This document shows, piece after piece, positions 49,182-62,839 of a DNA stretch of 64,000 nucleotides. Within the stretch, counting starts at the first letter, position 1. The number at the start of each line of letters is the position of its first letter. The DNA is from Thalia democratica (taxonomy: Eukaryota), in the NCBI GenBank assembly GCA_965202585.1, contig OZ241831.1, positions 60,884,001 to 60,948,000 on the forward strand. Direction: 5' to 3'. The position numbers and the translations under genes were made by a program. The notes under the pieces were generated by a model, which saw nothing but the letters and a program-made list of their open reading frames with translations, was not told the DNA's origin and searched no databases.

Positions 49182-50766
49182 TTTATCTTTATACTTTTAA
49201 AAGCATTTAAACCTAATTATAGTTTTTTTTTTTATCTATTGTTCTGTATTTTTTTTTGAAAAAACATAAAAAGATATATAGAAAATTGGAAATTTAAAAT
49301 TTTTTGTTATGTGTAAAGTATCATGTTTATATATGTATACCAAGTTATTGACCATCTAACCTTTATTAGTTACTTAATAAAACATTTGTTTAGAGAAAGC
49401 CTAAGTATTCAATCTAAAAATATATTAGATCACAAGAATATAAACTTAATAAATTAATAAAATAAAAACAAAAGTCTTATTTAATTTATTAATTAACATA
49501 TGAATTAAATGCTCAAATCTAATCTTTTTCTACTTTATAAGAATATCTTAACATGCAAATGAAACTAAAAATATAACCAGTTATTTTAAGTTTCAATTTT
49601 TTTTAAAGATCTAGTTGTATAACTACTTTTTAGTTAAGCTTTAAAAATGATGTGAATAACTTACTTTATAATAATGTTTTCAACTAGTTTTTAACAACAA
49701 AAATCATATATTTTTAATAGCAAAAGAACTGCAATCTATACTTTTTTCTAAATACAGATCTAAGAGTTTAGACAGTGGTAATTTATCATACAAAAAAAAA
49801 TTATTAACAATATAAAAAAAAATTTCCAAGTTTTCTAAGCTTTTGACTACGAAACTTAATTAAAAACGATAGTTATACTTTTTATTGTAGCCAAATAATA
49901 ATATTTAGGACTGGGTTGTGTTATTTATGATTCTTACAGGCTACGATCATTATTTTTAAATGCAACCCAGTTTTTTTCTAATTATTAAAAGATTAATTTT
50001 ATACTTTAAAACTTTTATAATTTGTTTTGTTGTATTGATGTTTAATTATAGACTTATATTGAAAGAAAAAAATTGAAGTAAAGCAAAGTGAGTATCATTA
50101 AGTTAATATTCAAAATTTTCCATTTCATTTTAAAACACAAACAAGTGCCTATATAATTTAAAACAAAAACTATTCTATATCTTTGACTTTGTTTTAATTT
50201 TATTATGGACTTTGTAAGTTTTAAAGAAACAGTAGTTTACCTAAATTGAATAAAACTGATAATTGTTAAACTAACTGTTGTGTAAGTAAAAAAAAAAGTT
50301 TAATCTAGATTATTATTTTTATAAATAAAAAGAATCATAAAAAGTAATTGTGTTTAATTGTAAGACAAGTATAAAAAGTAATAATTAATTTAATGGTCTA
50401 ATAAACCAAAAAAAATTAATTAAAAGTTATAAACTTTATGATATAAATTTATTCATGCATATTTATTCATAAGAAAAAGAATTGTAAAACCTCACAATAT
50501 AATTACAGGTTGATTACTAAAAAAGACATAATCAATTAAACATTAAGATGAAACAGTTTACGATAAGATGAAAGAGGTCAGAATTTTCATTTAAAATGAA
50601 AATTCAATTAAGTAAATACTGCAAATTAAACCAGTAAAGTATCTAGTGAACTAGCATGTTACGATTTTTTGCCGAAAGGTTCCTTTGTACACCAGGTCAT
50701 CAGACCATACTTTTTGAGTCGATTGTTGTTTTATTTTTAAATAGCACGTTATGACTTTTTATAACT

Positions 50767-52646
50767 TTAAACTCTTCTAAAGTGTTCAGTTTCTTTGACA
50801 GTTTTTCCATCTTTCAAAAACTCGCTCCTCTGTTTAAATCAATAAAATAATGAACAATAAATATTATATGTATATATTGACAAGCAAACTAACTGCAATG
50901 TATTCATCGTTACCCATGTATTCTCTTTTATGACATCGTCATATGTACTAATTATTTTTTTTATATTAAACAAGACCAAAAAATATATGTTAATAAATAC
51001 ATATTCTATCTAACTTTACTTACGTATACTAACCGCAATGTACTCATCATTGCCCAAGTATTCTCTTTTATGACGTCTTTTTATTCCGTCCATTTCAAAT
51101 TCTGCCCACACGTCAACAAACTCCGATCGTTTTAACTAAAAATTATTGAAAATAAATAATTAAATATTAAGAAACAAAACTAAAAAACTTGACCACGATG
51201 GGACTCGAACCCACAATCTTCCGGTTCGTGGCCGGACGCCTTATCCATTGGGCCACGCGGCCGGTCGAGTGAGAATTAATATTAGCGTATATAATTTATA
51301 GTTAAAAGCGTAGTCTCTTACGTCATAATGCAATTTGCATTTTGGTCGCACATACAGCTTGATGAACTTGTTGTTGTATACTTTTGGTTTTAAGTGCAAT
51401 TTTTACAATTCTTAACTAGTATTTATAGAAAATACAATTATTTTATTGAAAAGAATTTTTTTACTGTATTGATATTCAGTTGCAACTACTGTCTTATTAA
51501 ATCGGAATACCAATGCATTAAAATAGATCCTTTTTGTGTTTTGAAATAGTATAAATATTTCCTAGTTATGTAATGTAGTAATTGCTATCAAATCAATTGT
51601 TTTTTAATTTTTTCATGTAGTGGTTAAAATACTTATTTTTATTTTTTGCCACAAATACTCATTTTAATTACTATTCGGCAGAACTTTCAGAATTAATAAA
51701 ATAAAGATTTGTTTGTTTAAACTTAAAGTCTATGGTCAAGTAGATATGTAGCAATTAGCTGATAGAAATCTAGCAGTTTTGCTGTTCTACAAAGTTGCCG
51801 TAGTTTTTTTTAACTTTAAGTTTGTAAGTGTCGTTAAGAATGTTTAAATCTTCATGAATGTAATGAGTTAAATACAAAAAAGTATATTTTTTAGGGCACT
51901 TAATTAAATTTTTTTTTTCTATAGGTTTTGATTTGAACTGACTACAAAAATCAGGTAAAATTAAAACTATACTGTTGGGTAAACAACTTTACAATAAAAT
52001 TTAACCAATAGTATACTACATATATTAAGATAAAAATTTATTTATTCTCATACTAACATTAACTTGTTTTCCATCCGGAAACTTAATTGTGACGTCATCA
52101 CCGTTGCTAGTGGTAACAATGGTGCACCCGTTTTTCTTCGAGGTTTCCACGTAGCAACCATCACCCTTCTTTTCCATGGTAACAGTAACCTTGGCATCCT
52201 CTTTTTAGTATTGTTTGAAACCTGATAATTTATATTATAAAAAAAAAACATTGTAAGAAGTTTATGAAGTTAGAATAATGCAGGTGTTTTCGATCTTTAC
52301 ACTGAAAACTACTATTAATAATGGTGGTATTAATGTACACTGAAGTTTTACGATTAAATATTGTAATATTATCTTCTAAAATCAAGTAATGTTTATATTG
52401 GTTTTAAAATTTTTCTAAAACTTATGTGTGCAAAGTTACTACCAATAGTTTGGAAATATTAATCTACAAAAAGGTGTTTACTTAAACTATTTATTGTGTT
52501 CTGAAACAAAAAAACTCAACTTTTAAACTGCTTACTTATATCTAAAATATAACAAACATACAGAAAATCAAACCAATCAACCTGTAGGCTTCGCGTTTAC
52601 CTTCAAACTTGTACCTTTCAAAATCACCTAACGGAAGTCCTTCCAT
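50767..52646 (-). pseudogene. FABP/intracellular lipid-binding-protein-like gene, copy A, with nonsense codon
   Basis: Exons 52646-52574 (73 nt), 52221-52058 (164), 51135-51034 (102), 50829-50767 (63); TAC>TAA at 52205-52207 in exon 2, where copy B has Tyr. Confidence 0.8.
51190..51262 (-). tRNA. tRNA-Arg: tRNA-Arg(ACG), U33>C variant, in intron 2 of FABP-like copy A
   Basis: GGCCGCGTGGCCCAATGGATAAGGCGTCCGG CCACGAA CCGGAAGATTGTGGGTTCGAGTCCCATCGTGGTCA. Confidence 0.85.
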
Positions 52647-52995
52647 ATTTGATTTGTGTTTATGTATTGTTAAGATAAAAAATATGTAACAAGCATTTAT
52701 ATACTAAACTGTAACAATAAAATCGGCTAATAGTGGTAAACCTTCCATTTTTATATGTGTATTAATTACTAAAAAAAAATCTAGCTAGTTTTGTCAACAG
52801 CATTGCGAGATGAAATACTTTTTAATGATGTTTCAAACTAATGTGTTTTTGTTTAAGTCTTTACTACTATAAGTATATTTTTTATATTTAACGTTTGTAG
52901 ATGTTTTAAAAATTACTTTTAAATTAATACATAAACTACAAAAAACTACAAAACAACAATACGCACTAAAAATGCATATTTAAAGCACTGTAATA

Positions 52996-53190
52996 CAGTG
53001 CTTCTGAAATGGGGTTCCGCGGAACCCTAGGGTTCTGCGACGCCTCTCAGGGGTTCCGCGAAGCCTTTCGAAATTAAAAAAAGAAAATTTATTTAATTAA
53101 ACATTTTTGTAAAATTAAAATTAGGGGTTCCGCGGAAAAGTTGAACTTTGAAAAAGGGTTCCGCCACTAGAAAAAAGTTCAGAAGCACTG
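52996..53190. mobile_element. hAT (Charlie-type) MITE, 195 bp
   Basis: TIR CAGTGCTTCTGAA...TTCAGAAGCACTG; perfect 8-bp TSD CTGTAATA; GGGGTTCCGCG subterminal repeats. Confidence 0.9.
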
Positions 53191-55252
53191 CTGTAATACT
53201 TATACCTGTATTTTTAAATCACTTATTTGATAGAACTTTAGAAGTGTCTATTTAAATAAAATGCTTTTATTAAGCATGCATTTGTTGTAAACTTCGATAA
53301 GAAAAGCAGACATTAGATATTTTAAATTAAAGTTGAGTTAATTGTTTTTGAAATTTAAACAAACAATATAAAAGCTGAAGAGACTTTTTTTAGTTTATGT
53401 TTTTGTCCTACAAAATTGTTGTACTTATCTGAAGTTGAAATGTTTTCTTCACAAATGTTAACTACTTTTTTTTATTTTTTGAAAATGATTAAGAAAAATA
53501 TACTGAATTTAAATTAAAAACCATGGAAAATACTTTCAATACTTTCAAACTAACTTATAGTAATGTGATAGTGAAGCTTAAAATCAATAATACTCTTTTT
53601 TTCAAAATTCTACACAAAACTATCATCGAAATAAAATAAATATGAAAACATATAAAATGTTATATCACAAACAAAAACAAACACAATTTTGTTAACGGTG
53701 CATAATTGCAAAATAACTGGTGCCGTATTAATTGATAATTTGTTAAGTTTAATTAACTAGTCTTAAGTAAAAATTTAACATATATGCTATTTAATTTATG
53801 TCTATCATAATCCGAAAAAAAGTGATAAAACTAGATAAATTAAATTAGTATAGAAAAACTAAATGTGTCATAGCATATAAAACCCGTATTAAGCATCGTC
53901 ATTTTATGTTATAAATAGCTTTTTAAAACACAAAAAAAGCTATTTGTACAACAGGTCTTACCGTCGCACACCCGTTTTTCTGAAAATAGTTACTCGATTT
54001 TATTCATCTGTATTAGTTAAATAAACTTCGTCTTTTAAGGTTATGTTGTTTTTGCCTAAATTTGTATTGATAATTTAACTTCGACTTTATCGTATACTAC
54101 TTGGAAATAAATTTTTTGAAGTTAACAAAATTTTTTATTCCAAATAGGGTATTAGCTTACTCATTATATTAACGCAGGCCTGGTTTATCTATAAAGTTCT
54201 ATCTTTTTAAAGCTAACATTTTATTAGTACCCTATTTTAAGATCCACTAAAGACTATGTTTATTAATGAATCTAATAGAACTTACTTGTTAAACTAAGAT
54301 ATTTTGTGCTTAAACACTAACTATAAACTTTTACAATAAGTTTGCATGGTTTTGAACTTAATTTTATCGACATAAATAAATTTACCCTATACAAAAACTG
54401 CAAATAATAATACAACAAAATTAGATAAAAAAAGCAACAGAATATAGCTGCGCGTAGCTAAAAGCTAATGAGCAATTTCTTAACGTTATCTTGAAATAAG
54501 TGCACAGTTTCGGCTGACTATGGCGCCAACTGGCGAGAATCGATTTCTTTACACTTTTTCTCAATTATGTTGTAAATAGTAAATATATAATCACATGTTT
54601 AGGTAACTTTATGAGCTTTATATGACGTAATAAGTTTACTTTTATAATTATTTAGTTTTCGCGTTCAGTGTATTGTGAAATCTGTTGAATAAAAAAGTTT
54701 TCACAAAAGATTTAAAAAGTCACAAAGTTTAAAACAGCTGTTTTAAAAAGTTGCGCCAATATGACAAAACTAAAATTGATATAACATTTAATTGACGATG
54801 ATTACAATGAATAATCGTGTGTATATTATATAAGTGCACAACAATTTAAATTCGGACAGTTCAAATTCTGAAAATTCAAATTTTTATTTTTTTAACGGCC
54901 ACTAATCTAAAAGTAAAATTAATTTAACAAAATAAAAAATACATGTTTAGGTTATACTTAATACTTACAGAACATTTTTTTGATCAAAACTTTTTTAATA
55001 CTTTTTGAAATACGGCAAAACTTGTTTAGAAATATATTAATTTTAAGTGATTTTAAACTTCTTTTTGAATAGTAATTATTTTCAGTTTATTTGTTGCTGA
55101 CATAGTCGTATTAATTGAATGTACAACAAGTTTATTAAAAAAATATATTATATTTTGAGTTATGTTAAGTTATACTATATTTTTAAGAATTTGAATTGTC
55201 GGATTTTTAATTGTTATGTAACCATCTTAAGTAAAATGAAAAAAATTTGTTA

Positions 55253-55330
55253 TACAGTGCTTATTCACTTATCCGGACATGTTGGTCAAGATTTTCATGT
55301 AAAGATGTCCGGATAAGCATTTTTCTGGAT
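55253..55330 (+). mobile_element. Probable Tc1/mariner (pogo-like) terminus remnant
   Basis: TA|CAGTGCTTATTCACTTATCCGGACAT...ATGTCCGGATAAG, containing a 13-bp inverted repeat. Confidence 0.35.
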
Positions 55331-55829
55331 AAGTAAAAAATATCACATTTTTATATAAAATAATATAAATACTGTTTGTTATGCAATACATACCAAATAA
55401 TAAAAGCGTTGTATTTAAACAAATAGTATTTATGAGTAAGATGTCATGTTATGACAAATAATAAAAGCTAAGTTTCAGGTTAGCTTAATAACTTAATAAA
55501 ATTAAAACAGAAATTACCGAATTTATTACTCTACAAATGTTTAATGTTTTTATAACGATCACAAGCAAATATGCTGATAAGTGACAATGGTTAATACTAT
55601 ACATATAGTATAAGGTAAGTAATTAGTCAAACAAGTAATTTTAATTAAACAATAAAGATAAAAGATTGAATTTAGTAATTAAGCTAAATTAAATAAGTAA
55701 CAAACTATTAACATCAACGTATAAAATAACAACAACAAAAAAAAGAACAAAAAACTAAAACATAAAACCAATTATAAAATTACGTATAAAAACATAGTTA
55801 GGTTAATTTTAAACATAGCTAAACAGTTA

Positions 55830-56010
55830 AGATTTCAAATATTGTAAAGTGCCTGCGTTTTTCTTAAATTCGGATCTCAAGTTTGACAGTTTACAAATGT
55901 CTACGAATGTAATTTCAACTTTGTCTAGATTGCAGAGTATGCATATTTTGCCTGTTTTATTTTGATTTTGGATAATCTTCCATATATTGATTTTTTTTTC
56001 AATATACGTT
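55830..56010 (-). mobile_element. Highly decayed Penelope-like 3' fragment
   Basis: WKII...KICILCNLDKVEI...LSNLRSEF resembles the C-terminus of the 35930-36345 fragment. Confidence 0.45.
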
Positions 56011-57486
56011 GTCATTTTTGATTTTGTGTGAAAATCTGCTTAATTATTTTTTGTTTTATTCCTAAAGTATGTGCACTAGATTTCCTGAGTTGCACATGAA
56101 AAGCTAAAAAAAAAAGTCTTAGGTGTTTTAAATGGTAGTTTTTTGAGTAATCTTGTTGGAGGGGGCTATAGCCTTTTTTTTAAAGGGGGATATTTGAAAA
56201 AAAAAATTGTAAACCCTGATTTAGAAGGCACATTAATTAAATGCTGACCTCAAAGTTTTACAGTGTCTACTACTGTTTGAAAATTAGAGGTAGCATCATT
56301 TTATCTTGTAATCTAAAAATAACGTAAAACTAACATTCCGATTTTAAGCGTTCGAAGATTTTAAAAAATAATGTTTATATAATTTTGATCATGAACAGCA
56401 GCATTGGCATTGTAATTGTAACAATAAACCAATTAATTGACTATAAAAGATTCACTGTATTTAACTCTTTTAGCAATCACTAAGTTTTTTTTAGTATAAC
56501 TTCAAAGTTGTTTTTGATCAAAATTTATTGTAAAATTTAGGACTAGCAACTGTTTTTAAATTTAGAAATTTTAGAAAAAAAGTTTTATTGAAATTTAAAA
56601 TTTGTCAGAAGTGCCGTATATGTTTTTAAGTGTCAATAAATTTGATATTAAAAACGTTTCTGCTAATAATTTAAAGAATAGCATTTAAAATTTTTACTAA
56701 ATTAGAGCTATTAGTAGTGACACAAGTGATTAAAAATTAAGAAATTTGTTTTTCAAAGTTTTCTTAGCTTTTTGCAACAAAACCGGATTATAAACGATTA
56801 TATCTTTTCATTTTGATAGACTTTATAAATATTTTTTCATTTAATTAAACTTTTCAAATATAAATAAACAAGTTTTTTTTTTTTCATATTTTTTATTCAT
56901 TTAATTATTGATTGTATACTTAATTGTCAAAAGAAAACTAAGTAGGACATAACAACGTCATTAAGTTATTATCAAAAATATTATTTTCTAAATAAAATAT
57001 TGAAATGCATATCGAACTTAAAACATAAACTATCTCATAACTTTAGTATTCAAATTCGAGTTTATATGAAATGATACAGACTTCATGTAAATACTTTAAA
57101 AAAAAGTAGTTTACCTAAACTCAATCAAACTGAAAAATATTTTTTACCACAAACAAAGCTTTTAGATTAGTTATTTAGTCAAGAATATTAATAAAAGTAA
57201 AAGATCGTGTACTTTAATAAATAAATAAACACATATACATCAACTTACACCATTCAAATTGGTTTAACAATTGTATTGATAAAATTACAAACTACTTTGA
57301 AAAAATCGAAACAATCATGAATTGAAAGTTTAGATTAAACCTTCTATAATAAAATGAATTAAAACAAATTTATAAATTATTATAAAAGCAAAATTTAGTA
57401 AATATTGCAAAAATTGATATTTTATAATAAAACATATTACAACGCTAAATAAATTTATAATTAGATAATAAACTGTTTAAAAAAAT

Positions 57487-60331
57487 CTAAGCTCTTCTGT
57501 AGTGTTCAGTTTCAATAACAGTTTTCCCGTCTTTTGAAAATTCACTCCTCTGTTTAAAACAATAAAACATTTAAATTATTTTAGATACATTTGTATTTAG
57601 GCCTTTAACAAGTAATTACTCTAACTAGCAAAAATTACGGAAACGCTTTATCAATGAAAGTAAAGTTATAACTTTTAAAAACTTAAAAAAACAGTAGTAA
57701 TAATAAAACTTTGTTTAATTTTTTATAAATAAAAGAAAAATTTAAGAAAATTATTAAAGTAAAGTATTGATAATAACTTTTTTCCAAGCAAAATTTTTGC
57801 ATCAAAAACTCTGTATAAACAAAAACGTTTATGTTTGATATTGTTTGACTAATGTCCCAATAATTGTGTCTAGTATGAAAGTATTTTCAAAGTAAGTTAA
57901 AGTTTATAAAAAACGGATTTGTGCAAAAAGTTTATAAAGTTAATAGTTATGTAATCGTGACGTAGATTTTTCTTTCTTTATTGAATTTTTATTTGCTTTG
58001 AAAAAACTCAACAAAATTAAAAAAAACTGCAGAAAAAAGTAAAACTATGTATATTTATAGCAACTTTTTAACATTGTTTTTATAATGATATATATAAAGT
58101 TTTGCAGCATTTTAGTTGTAAACAAGCACTTTAATAACAAATTATAATACAATCTGTTTAAATGCATTATACTTGGACCAAAATATACTTATCATTTCCC
58201 AAGTGTTTTCTTTTGTGGCATCTTTTTATATTTTAAATAAAACCAGCATGTAAAAATATATGTTATATAAATAAACTAACTGCAATGTATTCATCATTGC
58301 CCACATATTCTCTTTTATGACGTCTTTTTATTCCGTTCATTTCAAATTCTGCCCACCCATCAACAAATTCCGATCGTTTTAACTGAAAATTAGTGTAAAT
58401 AAATAATTTAACAATAAGAAACGAAATAAAAAGAGTGACCACGATGGGACTCGAACCCACAATCTTCCGGTTCGTAGCCGGACGCCTTATCCATTGGGCC
58501 ACGCGGCCGGTCGAATAAGAATTAATATCAGCGTATTTATATTAAAGTGAAATGCGTAGTCTGTTACGTCATAAAGCGTTTTAAGTTAGTTGGTCGCACA
58601 TACAGTGTTGGTTTTAAGTGTTACAACTATAGTTCTCATGTTTAGTTCAAAAATATATAAATACTTTACTTGAAAAATTCTTTATATAACAATGTTTGAC
58701 TGTATCTTCAGTGAAGTTATAACTAAGTTCTTTTTCCGGTTACATGACAATTCAAATTAGGACAACTCAAATTCCGACAATTCAAGTTCTTGAAAAATTA
58801 GTTAAAAGACTATATCCCAAAAAGTAATACAAGTTTGAAAAAAATAAAAATGTATATGTAGATCTTATTAATATCTACAAGCCGTTTTATATTTTTGGCC
58901 AAACCTTAAATATTTTTAAAAGTATTTTAAAACTACTAAAAATAACTATTCTTTTAACTTTATTTAAGCCATATCTCAAAAAATTCTTAATGCTTTGGAA
59001 AAAGGAAAAAATGGCGTGTAGATAATAAAAGGACCATCATATATATTTTTATATTTGACAAATATACATTACATTTTTAGTTGTGGCCTTTTATTTTTTT
59101 TAAGAACTGAATTTTCGGAATTTGAATCGTCGTGCACCCCTTATTCCAATGGACAATTTATACTTTAATATAAATCTTGTTTTTCTTATAAAGTCGTATA
59201 AATAGTTTTTATAGTTTATTACAAACAGCTAGTTTAATGGCTGTTAAAGTTCTTATTTGGTTAACATAATCTATAAAAAAACAGGTCCATAGTACTTGTT
59301 AACATACCAGTTATATGTTTTTATTATTTTTACGTTTAAAATTGTTTTTATTTTTATTAAAAGCACTTAAATATTTTACGCAGTTGCCACAGTTAAAAAA
59401 AATATGAATATCGAATAAACACTTTTTAGTTTCAACTTAAAATAATAGTGTGACGATAGAAATCTAGAAATTATTAAGATAAAACTTATTAAGTGCATAG
59501 AGTAAACAATATTGTCCATACTATCTAATTAAATTAACAAAATGTAAAATTTAAACAAGTTGAACTTTATATGATAATTTAAAAATAAATAACTTCCCCA
59601 CACTACCACCAACAACATGATTTTCAAATTTAAAGTATTAAAAACTACAATATTTTTTTACTAACATCAACTTGTTTGTCATCCGGAAACTTAATTGTTA
59701 CGTCATCACCGTTGCTAATGGTAACAATGGTGTATCCGTCTTTCTTCCAGGTTTCCACGTAGCAACCATCACCCTTTTTTTCCACGGTAACGGTAACCTT
59801 GGCATCCTCTTTGTAGTATTGCTCGAAACCTGGCAATTAGTATTAGAAGGTACATAAGAAGTTCAGGTAATGAAGTCAGAAAAACGCAGTTGTTTTCAAT
59901 CTTTATACCAAGAAATTTAGACTTTAGACAAAACTACTACTAATGACAAAATTAATGCCATTAGCAGTTTGTGATGAAATTTTCATGTGGAGATTCTAAT
60001 TTTACCTTCTAAAATAAAGCAGTGTAGTTATTGGTAACAAAGTTTTTCTGAAATTTAAGTGTATAAAATTATTAACAATGCTTTGGAATTATTATTTTGT
60101 AATAAAAGTATGAACCTAGATTATTTATCATCTTCTGAAATCGAAAATTCAGTTTTTAAATTACTTATTTATATTTAAAACATACCAAACATAAAAACAA
60201 ACTTAAAAACTATTTTTTTACTTCTGTTTAAAACATACCAAACATAAAAACAAACCCATTAATTTGTAGACTTCTCGTTCACCTTCAAATTTGTATCTCT
60301 CAAAATTACCCAATGGTGGTGGCCCTTCCAT
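57487..60331 (-). CDS. FABP/intracellular lipid-binding-protein-like protein, copy B, 134 aa, intact
   Basis: Exons 60331-60256, 59829-59666, 58382-58281, 57549-57487; intron phases 1,0,0 as in FABP genes. MEGPPPLGNFERYKFEGEREVYKLMG|FEQYYKEDAKVTVTVEKKGDG...KFPDDKQVD|LKRSEFVDG...NGIKRRHKREYVGNDEYIA|RSEFSKDGKTVIETEHYRRA*. Confidence 0.8.
58436..58508 (-). tRNA. tRNA-Arg: tRNA-Arg(ACG) in intron 2 of FABP-like copy B
   Basis: Same body as the 51190 copy, with canonical anticodon loop CTACGAA. Confidence 0.94.
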
Positions 60332-62552
60332 TTTTATCTAATTTAGTAATAATCTGAATAATATTACATTAAGTGTTATTATATTAGGTTTTTACTTAAA
60401 GAATAGTTTTTATATTTCATGGAAAATATTTATGTTTCATATAAACTTCAAATTAATACAAACTATAAAAATGACCTTATGCATAAAAAATGTATGTTTA
60501 AAACATTGTTACTCGTACTTAATAACTGTTTTTTAATGTCACTTATTTATTAAGCTTTAAAAATGTTTGTTTTAATAAAATGATTTTATCAAGCATGCTA
60601 TTGTTGTAAAGTTTGAATGAAAAGCAAACATTTGATACTTCAAATAAAAGTTAAGCTATGTGTTTGTATAAATTTAAACAAATTATTTAAAAGCTGTAGA
60701 CAATTTTTATTATTATTGTTTTTGTCCTACAAAATAGTTGTATTTTTATGAAGTTAAACAGTTTTATTCACAAATTTTTATATATTTTTAAAATGGAACA
60801 TAGAATTTTTCTTTTAAATTAAAAACATGAAATTTTTTTTTTAAAATTAAAATAAAGTAATGTAATAGCGAAAGCATAAAACTAAAAAAAATAACTTAAT
60901 TTTCTAAATTCTATACAAAGCTATCATTGAAATATAACAATTACGCTTAGAAAATCACATAAAATTTTGTATCTCAAAACAGTTTTGTTGGTTTTTGGTG
61001 CACAATTGCAAAATAATTAGTGCAGCTTGATGACCTAATATATCAAAATTTAGTTAATTAGTTTTTACTAAAAATTCAATATATTTGCCATTTAATTCAT
61101 GCTTATAACAATGCAAAACGTTTTGACAAAGCATTTGTTCCTAACTTATGAGTTTATGTAATTTAAGTGATGAATTATTTTTTAATAATTTGTATTTTAT
61201 AAAGATTTAGTTTTATGAAATGATCAATTTTTTACAATGAGTTTGGACAATACGCTTTAGTATAAAAGGTTTATTAGGTATATAAAGTATACAATTAAGT
61301 TTATTAGGTCTTTCTTAAACTACAAAAAAAAAAACAGTATAAGAAATAATTAATAATAATTTTTAGCTTTTTTAATAACAAAGTGGTATACAAGCAGTAA
61401 TTAATAATATTTCAAGCTACATCACTGTAAAATATCTTGAAAAATAAATTCAATAAAAGCTAAACTGCATTAAAAAAGCTCAAACATGTTGAATTTCAAA
61501 ACAAAAATACTTTTATTGTTTTGAAAAAACATAGTGAACTCATGTAGTAAAGCTTTCAAATAAAAAAAACTTTCTGCAAAAACATTCTTAAAATCAATAA
61601 AATAATGATCGATAAAACTAAAAGCAGAAAACTAAATAAAATTTGTTGCTGCTAAAACCGATGATAACAACTTTTTTTTAGTTTTGAACAATAGAAGCTT
61701 TAGCAGGTAACTTTTGCATTTGACATACAAAAAAGTCAGTTGGCTACAAAACCAAAATTGTTTAAAATCTTCGTATCAGGCAAAATAAATCAACGAAATT
61801 AAAAAACAAAACGAATTTGAAGTTAACTTGAAAACTATAACTTTAAATATGTTAAAAGAAAGTAACATGGTTTTTTAAAGCAAAAAAAAAAAAAAGCTTC
61901 ATATAAAAAAATTTGAAACATTGATTAAATAACGAAAAATTTAAAAACTTATACTGTTTACAATCGACTAATTCAACGTTAGTTAAACCGTTTAAAAACT
62001 AGTTTTTTCCGTTAAATTGTTAATAGAAACTGTAAAAAACAACAAAACAGTACTTCTAATCTAAATTTTATGCAAAAAATGAACTGCAATAGTTAAAAAA
62101 CCATCAGTATTAATTGATACAAAAGTATACGCTGTAAAAAGCTGTCAGCTTATTTATGCAGTAAACAAAAATAAAAAAACTTAAAACTTTACAAGTTTGA
62201 AACTATCAGCACTGCTTTCACTCTGCAAATGAAACGCTACTATTGCTGCAAGCCATCCACTTATAACTACAAAGCTCGCTTGTGGCCACACAAAAACGTT
62301 TTTCTCAATTCAGCTCGAGTATTTGCAATCGCGTGATGTGGTCATTTGGTAAAGAGAAATTACAATGAAGTATTTGAACTTTGTGATCGATTACACTGAG
62401 TTTGTTTTTCAACATTGGATTAACTTAATCAAGTTGATTATCAAGTTTTGTGTTTGAAAAATGTAATTATTTTTGTTAGAATTTTTGCATATTTATTGTT
62501 AATTTTTTTTTGTAACTTAAACCTTTTTGTTAACTTATACTTTCGTATAAAC

Positions 62553-62839
62553 CAGTGGTCTCCAACCTTTTGAAAAGCTATGCACACTAAATTACTGATA
62601 AAAAATTATGTACACACTATACTATTAAAATTTAAGTTACTTACAAAAAAGCTGTGTCATAATAAATGTAACATATAGAAACCGTATTAAGCACTGTCAT
62701 TTTACGAAATAAGTAGTTTTATGTGATACAAAAAACAAAAACAGTTTATACCACATTTTCACTTCTGCAATTCTTTTTTTTTCTGCGGAATAAACTAACT
62801 TTTATACACAACACTGTACACAAACCGTGTTGACCACTG
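62553..62839. mobile_element. hAT (Charlie-type) MITE
   Basis: CAGTGGTCTCCAAC...GTTGACCACTG; TSD GTATAAAC/CTATAAAC (7/8). Confidence 0.7.

Noticed and set aside
58735-59140. Possible MITE with GGGGTGCACGAC(A/G)ATTCAAATT ends in FABP intron 2 (related motif at about 54835)
   Set aside because: The left end is too degenerate to delimit or classify.
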